Shown: positions 1 through 9,846 of the stretch, one piece after another
Layout: each line of letters begins with the position of its first letter
Position numbering within the stretch: position 1 is the stretch's first letter
DNA from: Pseudogymnoascus verrucosus
Lineage: Eukaryota
DNA: 26,175 nt
Strand: one strand, 5' to 3'
NCBI GenBank assembly: GCA_001662655.1
Contig: KV460249.1
The notes under the pieces: model-generated
What the model was told of the DNA's origin: nothing
What the model saw: only the letters and a program-made list of their open reading frames with translations
The model's database searches: none
Translations under genes and position numbers: made by a program

Positions 1-614
1 GCCGGATCGGCGATAGCTTCGAAAGCCCCCGACAGGATTCTAAGCGCAGCTAACGTAGCGAAGTTGTTCGCAGCTGCTTGAACCATTAATAATACTCCCC
101 ACATGAAGATGTTAAATGAGAGATACCATGCAGGCGGGCATCTCTGCATAATCAAGTTGGACGGAATAGCCCAAAAAAGCCATCCGAAATAGAACAATGA
201 TGACAGCCACGAGTACTGGTCTTTTTGCAAGTGAAGATCATCTTTAATACCAAAGATGGCTGCGTACGACAGAGTTGTCTTGTCGACATACTGTAGATGG
301 CGAGGTTCACGTTAGCTACTATCTCGCGTGTAATCGGTAATAGGAAAGAATGACTCAATACGTACATAGAAGAAGTAGCATATTCCCAACAAAGGTAATA
401 TACGTCTGTCAAGCTTACGCTTAAGCTTCTTCTCGTCTATCTGGTCTATAGACTCATCGTTTGGGTATCTTGCGAGAGCCTCTGCATATATGCTATGTGG
501 TCCATTGATGTTGCGCTCTAGCTCGTCTGCGCTCTTGATGTCGACCGTGTCTCCAGCATTACTCTCGTGCTCAAAAGCCTGGTCCTTTTCATCCTTGTTT
601 ATAGTAGCTGACAT
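1..614 (-). CDS. MFS transporter, allantoate permease (DAL5-like, anion:cation symporter family); 5' part only. Exons 614-366 and 290-<1; intron 365-291
   Basis: ATG at 614 (MSATINKDEK). The GTACGT donor, CTAAC branch point and CAG acceptor join in frame to give LKRKLDRRILPLLGICYFFY|YVDKTTLSYAAIFGIKDDLHLQKDQYSWLSSLFYFGWLFWAIPSNLIMQR...LRILSGAFEAIADP, typical of the first TM helices of DAL5-family permeases. Substrate not determinable. Confidence 0.88.
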
Positions 615-1331
615 ATCGGTGACTATGCAGCTGTAGCGTAATAATTTACTAGCTTGCAATGCCGATTTCCTTCTCTAAGCGTCAATCAAACTTGCAAAAA
701 GGAATATGAATACAGCCAGCCAAAGTACTTATAGCTTTGCCATGTCATGGTAAATAAATGTAGACTGATCTACATACCCACTAAATCCCCTCTCTCCCCA
801 TGGAGAAATCGTTCTCCTCACATGGGGTAGCTTCGCGTGGGGAAGTTGACAGTCGACCTCACCCCACTAAGCGTATTCATTGTGGGGGATCACCCCTCGG
901 CAGGAGAGGTGCCTAACGATTGGGACACCACCCACCAAAGCCGTTAGCAACTACAGAGGATAATGAGGGAGCAGAAGTATATACGCGTGCGTCCGTCAAC
1001 CGATAAATGACCGTAAAGCTGTAATTTAGTCGATAAGTTCATGCCCAGATGAAATTTGGCTACTTCCTGGTTGTCGGAATGTTGCCGAGACGCGGCGGTG
1101 CACACCCGCACCCTGCCATCTCAGCCGTCGGCACATAAACGGCATGCAAACTCGGCATATACCTACCCTTAAGGTCCCAAACGGAAATAATATTTCCAAG
1201 TAATTATCCTCCAATAGGAAGTTGTTAGGAGTCCTGTGTCTTTTATTGCACATTGCTTTCCCGTCTATCCCGTAACTCCCAATGCGCCGTACATATCACA
1301 GTATCGTCAGACGGACAGTTATGTTCGGCAG

Positions 1332-1395
1332 CTTAAGATGATATGGCATCGGCTATGGCATCGGATATGCATAGCCGATGCCATATCATCTTAAG
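1332..1395. repeat. Perfect 26-bp inverted repeat with 12-nt spacer, bounded by CTTAAG at both ends
   Basis: 1332-1357 CTTAAGATGATATGGCATCGGCTATG is the exact reverse complement of 1370-1395 CATAGCCGATGCCATATCATCTTAAG; spacer GCATCGGATATG. Confidence 0.93.
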
Positions 1396-1678
1396 AAGCT
1401 TGAATATAGTTCGTTTAGGTTCGGAGGTTTAGTTCTATCGCTAAATCACACGATCTTCATAAATGTAATCACTACTCTATATTCTGCCAGTGACTTAGCC
1501 TCTTAAGGTTTGTTTGGGGTCTATGGTCGTATGCAGTAGATACACAGCCGGTTGACAATAAGTACCAGTATACCGTTAAAATGGTATACAAACAATAGTT
1601 GAAGATCGCGCCGAGTGTGGTGACTAACGAAGGGGAAAACGGAGGGAACACCGAGAGTATAGCGGAGGAGAGGAGTTA

Positions 1679-1711
1679 GTGGGGAGAGTGGGGAGAGTGG
1701 GGATAGTGGGA
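1679..1711 (+). repeat. 9-bp tandem repeat (GTGGGGAGA) x~3.5; matches the G-quadruplex consensus
   Basis: GTGGGGAGA GTGGGGAGA GTGGGGATA GTGGGA read directly. Confidence 0.75.
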
Positions 1712-1933
1712 TTGGTAATGCGTTGTTGGGGGAGCTGGGGGAAGATACGGATGAGGGATGGAAGGAGTGGATGGAGGATGATGAGTTTTAAAACAGGGGG
1801 GATCCTGAGTCTCTGGTGGTGAAATATCAACATAGGAGGAGTTCATAGTGTGGATGGAGAGATGGTCTTTATAAGAGCTGGATCGCTTTCTGGTGCGGAT
1901 GGGATAGGATCTTTACAATGGCGTTCTAATGAC

Positions 1934-2546
1934 AATAGTAGTATTTACAGCAACTGTTATTAGAATAGAGCAACTGTTATCAACACGAAGGCGTTTAAAT
2001 TACTGTCTAAAATAGTAACGTATTTCACATGCGAGTGACGCACACAAGCGAGTGACGCACTGGATTCCTCACTAAAAATTAAGTATTCTAGAAGGAAATA
2101 TCTCAACAACAGCTGAATGAAATATTTTAAAAATAGAGATCTAGTCCTTCTTATACATTTAGATTCGTTTTTTGTTAAACTTAAAGTAAATAGTTAAGAG
2201 GTTGTTTAGGTGTAAGGGCTTAGGTTGAATTTAAGTGCTAAGAATTACTAATCTAAAGATCCACTTAATACTATTATTTCAAAACTCTTAGGATAGAAAT
2301 TTAATTGTATACAAAAGACCAGCTATACATTTTTAAGTATATAATAAGCCTGTTGTTGAGATATTTCGTTCTAGAATACTTCATTTTTGGTGAGGAATCC
2401 AGTGCGTCACTCGCTTGTGTGCGTCACTCGCATGTGAAATACGTTAATATTTACAGCAACTGTTATTAAAACGAGGAAGCTAAATTACTGTATATAATGG
2501 TAGTGTTTACAGGAACTATTATCAAAATAAACGAGTTAAATCACTA
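1934..2546. repeat. Degenerate tandem repeat (~3 units of ~55-75 bp) interrupted by the MITE
   Basis: Units start at 1934 (AATAGTAGTATTTACAGCAACTGTTATT), 2011/2445 (AATAG-TA-ATATTTACAGCAACTGTTATT) and 2496 (AATGGTAGTGTTTACAGGAACTATTATC); each ends in a TAAATTACTGT-like motif. Confidence 0.75.
2018..2444. mobile_element. MITE / non-autonomous Tc1-mariner (pogo/Fot1-like) DNA transposon, 427 bp
   Basis: 95-bp TIRs (2018-2112 and 2350-2444, 3 mismatches) starting ACGTATTTCAC; TA on both flanks (2016-2017, 2445-2446); each TIR carries two direct copies of GCGAGTGACGCAC 17 bp apart; AT-rich non-coding interior. Confidence 0.92.
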
Positions 2547-2782
2547 TGCATGACAGTAGTTGAACGGAGTTTTGGATGTCAGGGTTGTGCAACAGATACA
2601 CCCTTTGTGATGATGAACCTCGCAAACGGAGCGAAGACAAAATATCTAGAATTAGCTTAGAGCAAGGTTTGGAGCAGAGCAAGAGAGCTATGTTTAAGCT
2701 ACAGATAGCTTCAATAAAACCTTGGCGTTTCAACCCCCCCAGACTCCCGTTCAAGAATACATCCAGCCAATATTTCTCGCCC

Positions 2783-5022
2783 TCACATCTTGATTCGGAA
2801 CAAATATCGAAGTCGAACCTGAGCGACATCATAGCAGATATACTCGTTGTACATAAGGTACGCATCTTTAACATCAGTAGCTCCCGGCATAATCGTCGTA
2901 TCAGGCTGAGAAAAGTCACGGGTTAGTTTGGAGGAAACAAAAAGGGACGGAGAAAGGAAACGTTTGAAATACCATTAGAATTCCATCTAAAGACGGATTG
3001 ACGCAATTAGCATCCTTCCACGCCTTGGGTCCAGTCATGCCTTGGCCCCATGTAGATAGCAATCCCTTACTCGTGGCATCCTCGCTGGCGCTGTACGAGG
3101 CATCAGTCAATGCTTGCATGGGTTTGCCCAATTCCGCCTCGCATAGTAGAAGGAGAGCGTGGCCGCCAGAAATGTACGGGCAGCAGTAGTTGGCTGACTT
3201 GGAGGACATGTCGGCCAGATAGATTCCCTTTCCGAACATGTAGCCCGACACCGGTGCTTCTGGGGGAGCGATGCGTAGCCCCTGGCTGAGAATTCCAGCA
3301 AAGTTGGTGCAGCGGGATCCATGCCACAGGAGACGTCGATCACCGGCTACGCTTGCAAAGTCGCCTTTCTCGAACCGCTCTTTTTCTCCCTCACGTTCAA
3401 TCCTGAAAATCTGCTCCACCTTACAGTTGAGATTGTGGGTTGAGCCTCGAGTGCTGAGTAGATAATTCTTCAACTCTCCAAATTCGCTGCTTTTTGGGCC
3501 AAGAGGTGTCATCTCTTGTATTCCCAGGCCCTGAAACTGCCTGTCCAAAAGATTGATTTGCTCGGCATCCCGATCCTTTGGCTTCATGATGAGAGCTGCA
3601 TCCTTCATATCCCCAAGGCTCTCCAGAAGCTCTATCTCTTTCTTGAGCAATTCCGTAGACCGAATGATGGGTGGTCGATTACGACCAAACGCGTGGGGGA
3701 TGACTGTATAGTAAAGATTCGAAAAATGCTCAGTGGCGTCATTATAATTCATGTCATAGCTGGCGGCCAATGTTGGGTCATCGAGAAGAGCAGCGAGGTC
3801 CTTGAGTGTTTGAAAACCACGAGTAATCGTGGCCTTGCTAAGCTTTCCAAGAGGAAGCTTGTTCGCATCGTAGTTAAGATCACTCATTGCAGCGTCGAAG
3901 TATTGTTGATTGAAAATCAGCTCCATCAACTGCTGCGTTGCAGGGTGAAGTGTTGACTCGGGGATCACCAATTCATCATCAGGTTCGTTCTTGACTCCGT
4001 TCGTTTTGGCATCATCTTCATCATCATCATCGGAATCAGAGCAGTAGTTGCGTTCGATAAACGCATATTTGCCCGGTTTGGGATCTTTTCTTCGGTCAGT
4101 CCACGCAAGGCCGGATTTGTCTTTGAACTTCTTCTCAAAATGACGGATAGCATCTTCCAGAGTCCCACTACCAAGATATGCGCTCTGGCCATGTTCGCCA
4201 ACTCGGCCCCACCTCGTCCAGGTCTTAAAATCTCCCCCATTGCGATTTCGTTGAACCTGCAGCAAGTCAACAAACATTCGAAAGATCCCTAGGAATCGCA
4301 CGGACCTGAACGCGATAGAACTTGTTATTGTTGGCAGTTGCATTGGCTTGATTCAAGGAGGCATCATAAATGATACCGTCATCATGAATGTAGACATCAT
4401 AGCTGAGATTACAGCCATCATCAAGCGGAATCTTCACATCGAGTGACTTTGCAACCTGGCCATCTGTGATCCGGCCGCTCTTGGCTTCGGTCTCGGACTT
4501 AACTTCGGCCTTCAGTTTAGTTTGGGTCTTGACTTTGACATCAGCCTTGCCTGCCGTCTTAGCCTTGACATCGACCTTGCCCACGGTCTTGGAATCATTA
4601 GAACTCTTCTGCTTTTTGGTCGGAGGCTTCACATTCTCGTCAGCAGATATGTCTGCTGAAGGTTCCCGCTTTAGAAGGCCGTTAGACTGCGAGGGGACAT
4701 CGAAAAGCAATGATGTGAACAGATAATTTTTCTCGGGCACTTTGGAGTTGCTCGCAACGCATTCCTTGACCCAATCATAGTTAATGATTTGTACGTTTTT
4801 CTCTAGAGCCGCTTTCACTTTCACAGAGGGTTTGTCGTAGTCACGTTGGACTGTAACGAGATGGGTGGTGCTGTCGGCGATCGATCCGGCAAGATCTGCA
4901 CCAAGGCCGGCAAGTTGAGCCTGAATCACACCATGAGACCCAGCTGAAAAGGTGCCACTCAATGCGATATTGCAGCCAATTAGTGGTTGTGGTTGTGGTT
5001 GTGCCTTCTTCTTGGGCGGCAT
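2783..5022 (-). CDS. prpA: Poly(ADP-ribose) polymerase, fungal PrpA/NPO type (BRCT-WGR-regulatory-catalytic), ~707 aa. Exons 5022-4306, 4256-2973, 2905-2783
   Basis: BRCT-like N-terminus (IALSGTF...TTHLV...IINYDWVKEC); WGR domain (NNNKFYRVQ|VQ...WTRWGRVG); regulatory domain (KLPLGKLSK, YYTVIPHAFGR); catalytic LLWHGSR, GYMFGKGIYLAD, KSANY. A last exon absent from the ORF track reads PDTTIMPGATDVKDAYLMYNEYICYDVAQVRLRYLFRIKM* and supplies the catalytic Glu. Introns 4305-4257 and 2972-2906 are GT-AG and keep frame. Confidence 0.95.
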
Positions 5023-5312
5023 TTTGTGCACTATCGGTACACACGGTATCGATTAGGGGGTGAGAATCAAATAGATTGAACAATTGAGGAGTTGGGGATT
5101 GGGATTGAGGACTGGAATTGAGGATTGGAATCGAAGATTGGAATGAGGAATGAGGAATGAGGACGAAAGGTTGACCAAGAGAGAAGAAGTCAGAGGGAAT
5201 TGGGAGTGGGGAGTTGGCAAGTATTTGGTACCCGGGGGATTTCGCATGGCGCAGGCAGCAGCTCGCGCCTGCCTGGAATAATATGTGACCAAAGTCGCGA
5301 ACAGTGCGCGCG

Positions 5313-5322
5313 ATCACGTGAT
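5313..5322. promoter_or_regulatory. Palindromic E-box ATCACGTGAT upstream of PARP
   Basis: Exact RTCACGTG (Cbf1/bHLH-type) match ~290 bp upstream of the ATG, beside CGCG runs. Function inferred only. Confidence 0.35.
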
Positions 5323-5654
5323 ATACATTCCCCCCCTATTACGATTGCACCACCATCATTAGATGGTCTTGTGAGTATTGAGTAGCTAATTATTCTAATG
5401 TGATAGAATATGGAATAACGTACAGTGTCGCCCAGAAGGGTGAAGAAGGAGTTTTGCTGTGGGAAGTTATGTGCAACAAGTGCGTGCAATAAGTGTTCGC
5501 CTTGCTCTGGGAACAGTTTGCACAAGCGTTCAAGAAGCTTTGGGGGGTGGAATATTCAGCTTATAAAACTCATCGTATTAACTAAAATCTTGTCGGTTTC
5601 TTCACTATAGGTTGATGTTATAGGTCAGTTGGAATTGGGGAAGTTGTAGTTGAA

Positions 5655-7177
5655 TTACCCCTCATCTACACTACTTAACGCCTCTCCTTTCCCTTTTCCG
5701 CCCCCTTTCATACGTTCATCCTCAGTTTCTCCTGGAAGCTGCTCTCCGGCATTTAAACTCTGCTTTTCACTGCTCTTTGCCTCCTCGGCCCACGGCGGAT
5801 CCCCATCCTCATCAAACACCGCCCACTCAAAGAACTTACACCCCTCCTTCCCCGGCACATACCCCGCATAACACATCCACATATACTTCCCCCTATTCCC
5901 CGCCTGCCTCTGCACAACGCGCAACACTGTCGGCACACCGCACCCACATTTGGGCGTGAAGCGTGGGTGCAGATTCGCCTTGTAGTGGCGATATGTGATG
6001 TTAATCCGCTTGTTCCCCGAGATTGGGTGCGGGGAGATGGTTCGCGCGGGAGCGATGCTGTGCTTCCACTCCTCTTGCATGGAGGCGTGCATTACGAGAA
6101 GCGAGTTGTGTGGGAGATGGATGGAGAGCTGGCCTTGGGCATCTGCTTTGGCGTCGGCGCGCTTGCGAGCTGCGTCACTGTCGCCACTGTCGTCGTCTTC
6201 CGTCGCGATGATCTTGCGAACACGAAATTCTCGCGCCACTCCGAGACTGAGACTCCCAATCACGGGGCGCGGACCAAGGTAGGTGAGATGGTCGGAGTGG
6301 TAGCCGACGCTCTCGCGGGGTCCGTCATAGCAGTTCACGAAGGCGGTGTTCGGGACCCAGGGGTGAGGGGATTGGTGGTGGAGTTTTTGGCCGGTGGGGG
6401 AGGACCGTATACGCCTCGTAATTTCCTGATTGACAGTTTCGCGCACCTTGTGGGAGGCATCGCGCATACGGGGGAGGCTGCGGCGGACATCCTGTGGGCC
6501 GTCAGTGGGGTGTCTAGGGCAGGAAAGAAGGGCTGACTGAGGCCGATTGCACATGGGAGACGTAGAAGGCTAACCTCGACATTTTTTCCGTCGTAGACAT
6601 ATTGTGTCTTCTGCATTTCTGCATCGTCCCAACTATCCACATAGAGGCAGAAGGTATGCGGGCTCGAGACTACTCTATCAAACAGCTGAAACGTGTTCGT
6701 CTTGTAGGTCGGCGACTCGTCTACTAATTCCTGGAGTAATGCATCTGCTTCTTCTGAGGGGAGAAAATTGTAGATTATAGAACACGGCGTGTGGGCTTCA
6801 ATATCCTCGGGGGTGTACAGGTGGATTGTTTTTCCCCTTTTCGTTAATTGTTTTATGGTAGCCCCATCCTTCCCGGTCCTAGTGATGGACGAGAGCGATG
6901 ACTGGTAACTTGTTGCTGAAGCTGCTGGCCTCTTTTTAGGTGGAAGTTTTAGACACTCTAGTGCACGTTCGACAGAACCTTCAGAGGCCAGTAATGTCTC
7001 CAGCAGCGTTCCTTCGTCCTTCTCGGGATGGAGAGATATTAAAATAGACAATTTATAATCTGTCGACTCAACTTCATTAAAATCAGTTGAGCCGCGAAGG
7101 TCACATTTAGGATCCCGCGGAGGCACTTCGTTTGAAACGGACGATCGTCGCCGCTTCCTAGATATAAACGTTTCCAT
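5655..7177 (-). CDS. AlkB-family 2OG-Fe(II) dioxygenase (ALKBH2/3-like) with N-terminal CUE-like domain and C-terminal GRF zinc finger, ~479 aa. Exons 7177-6575, 6491-5655
   Basis: Intron 6574-6492 (GTTAGC...CTGAC...CAG) joins YDGKNVE|DVRRSLP in frame. AlkB motifs: FVNCYDGPRESVGYHSD, IGSLSLGVAREFRVR, LPHNSLLVM, WKHSI, RINITYR. GRF finger: CGCG...GNRGKYMWMC...CKFFEW. CUE-like: KLSILISLHPEKDEGTLLETLLASEGSVERALECL. Confidence 0.9.
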
Positions 7178-7487
7178 GGCTCAGAAATAGAGAGTTGATG
7201 GTTTGTGAGAAGACAGGCCGCCCTGGTGGTTGGAATACGAAACATACGCGTAGTCATGTGACTAACAATAAACTCTTTATCATCTACTTCGGGTTTAGCG
7301 CGCGATACACTAGCGCCGATATTTCGGATTTTGGATTTTGGATAAGCGGCCCGCGAGACTTTTTCATATATTTTCCCCCAGCAGACGTCGAGGATAACGA
7401 CGAAAGTCAACGTCCACACATCGCAACACAACAACATATAATACCAACTATACAACGACCTGTACGAATACATACATAATCATAACC

Positions 7488-9203
7488 ATGGTCCAAAAAA
7501 GGAAGCGCAGCAATGTCGAGGAGGAGCCCGCCGAGGCGTCCGTCCCAGCAGCAATTGAGGCTTCCCCATCTCGCTCACCTTCTCCTCCTCCCCCAGCCGT
7601 CGCTGGCGATCTCGCAAATCTGCAGTTACCACCCGCGACCACAGGCGACGACCCGACGACTTTTGCGCAGCTGAACCTCTCCCCAAAAACCGCGGCCGCT
7701 ATCGCGGAAATGGGCTTCACTACCCTGACGCCAATCCAGCAGAAGTCGATCCCACCTATCCTGGCGGGGCGTGACGTGCTTGGCGCTGCGAAGACTGGCT
7801 CGGGAAAGACATTGGCATTTTTGCTGCCGGCGATCGAGATGATGCAGGATCTCAGGTTTAAGCCTAGGAACGGAACTGGTGTGATTGTGGTATCACCGAC
7901 GAGAGAGTTGGCGCTGCAGATGTTCGGTGTTGCAAGAGAGATTATGGGCACGCATTCGCAGGTATGTAATTTTAATTTTTTGGAACTCAATTCGAAGTGG
8001 GATGATTTGCTAACGAACTACTCAGACGTGCGGTATTGTGATGGGTGGTGCCAACAGATCCGCTGAGGCGACGAAGCTGGCGACGGGAATCAACCTTCTG
8101 ATCGCTACACCAGGGCGCCTGCTCGATCACCTCCAGAACACGAAGGGATTTGTGTACAAGAACCTGCGGATGCTCGTTATCGATGAGGCCGATAGGATCC
8201 TTGACGCCGGTTTCGAGGATGAGATGCGCGCCATCGTCAAGATTCTCCCAGAGTCGAGACAAACTGCTCTTTTCTCTGCGACACAGACAACCAAGGTTGA
8301 GGATCTCGCGAGAGTGTCGCTCCGCCCAGGGCCTCTGTACGTTAACGTTGAGGAGGAGACTAAGCACAGTACCGTTGAGGGCCTTGAGCAGGGCTACATC
8401 GTGTGCCCGTCTGAGTTGCGCTTCAGGCTGCTATTCACAGTGTTGAAGAAGCACCTCGCGAAGAAGAAGAAGATTATTGTCTTCGTATCGAGCTGTAACT
8501 GCGTGAAGTACTACGAGGAGCTGCTCAACTACATTGACCTCCCGGTCTTGGCCCTTCACGGCCAGCAAAAGCAGCAGAAGCGTACGGCAAATTTCTTCAG
8601 TTTCGTAAATGCAACTGAGGGTGTGCTTATCTGCACTGATGTCGCAGCGCGTGGTCTTGATGTACGTTTCCCCCATCCCTTACTACAATTGCTAGTAAAA
8701 CTACGTCTACAAATACTAACACACCCCAGATCCCAGCCGTAGACTGGATTATCCAATTCGATGCCCCCGATGAGCCCCGCAACTACATCCACCGTGTCGG
8801 CCGTACCGCTCGTGGCACCAACGGAAAGGGAAAGTCCTTCCTCGTCCTGCACCCCAGCGAAGTTGGCTTCATCCAATACCTCACCACCGCTCGCGTCCCG
8901 CTCGTCGAGTACAACCTCCCGAAACTCATCAACATCCAGGCTCAGCTCGAGAAGTTGATCTCGTCCAACTACTACCTCAACCGCACAGCGAAGGAGGGCT
9001 TCCGCAGTTACTTGGCGGCATACGCGGCGCACAGCTTGCGCACGGTGTTTGATGTACAGAAGTTGGATTTGGCGGCTGTGGCAAGGAGTTTTGGGTTCAC
9101 GACACCACCGAAGGTGGATATTGTGTTTGGTTCGAGGATGGCAAAGGATAAGAGGCCAGTGAAGAGGAGAGCGTATGGAAGCCAGCCGAGGCAGAAGGCT
9201 TAG
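7488..9203 (+). CDS. HAS1: DEAD-box RNA helicase HAS1/DDX18, ~527 aa. Exons 7488-7961, 8026-8661, 8730-9203
   Basis: [75 protein letters not shown] and the HAS1-type C-terminus ([13 protein letters not shown]...AHSLR.VFDV.KLDL...GF..PPKVD). Both introns are GT-AG with CTAAC and keep frame. Confidence 0.93.
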
Positions 9204-9846
9204 AGGGGTTGATTTGGTGATGGGGGAGGTGATGGGAATGAGGGAGTAGGCGTTGAGGCGATAGAATAAAAGATTGGGAAGGCTGAATGAGAGGGCCTAC
9301 GATGAAAGTAAGCTATGAAGTGGAAGTATGGACTGTTGATGCACTGTAGCGTAGCCAAATATTGGGAATGGATTCACTTTTCACACGATTCGCGCGTTTG
9401 CGTGAGAAGGCAAAATCGGTTGTGAAGGGAGCTCGGGAAAAATTATAACAGATGAAGTTCGTAACTACAACTATATCGCGATCGCATCTTCAATATATCA
9501 GATCTTTTCCTTCGATATCAATTTCACGGTCATCGAATTCCGACCAAGCTTTTTCGTACGGAGAGGTTGGCGTTACTAGAGCACCCCCCTGCTGTACCCT
9601 GTACCTTCACTGCGGGGAGCCTCGGCTCAACGGTCGATCGCCCCTCCCCGCTTCCAGGTACCCCATATCTCACATTTGAACCGCTGACATCAGGTGCGAC
9701 ATATAAAATCCTGCCTTCTCATCACACACCTATCTCCACCATACCAAAGCAAAGCAATTAACCTCACAGGACAAACCCGCAACCCAACCCGACCCAACCG
9801 CATAGAACCCATCAACCCGTCCTCCTTCAACCTCCACACGCAAACA

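Noticed and set aside
1624..1873. Small Pro/His-rich - strand ORFs (69 aa; also 56 aa at 1846-1676) with TATAAAG upstream
   Set aside because: Low-complexity C-rich sequence explains the open frames; the TATA is only ~20 nt from the ATG; no recognisable family.
2536..2926. Overlapping 116- and 127-aa ORFs next to the MITE as a possible transposase
   Set aside because: They overlap the last PARP exon and its 3' UTR; no DDE or HTH features.
2916..2972. PARP apparently truncated before the catalytic Glu in the ORF track
   Set aside because: A GT-AG intron (2972-2906) leads to a final exon containing YNEY; the gene is complete.
9694..9846. 51-codon N-terminal extension of the epoxide hydrolase
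   Set aside because: Starts at GTG and resembles an A/C-rich 5' UTR; the first ATG is in good context (CAAACAATG).
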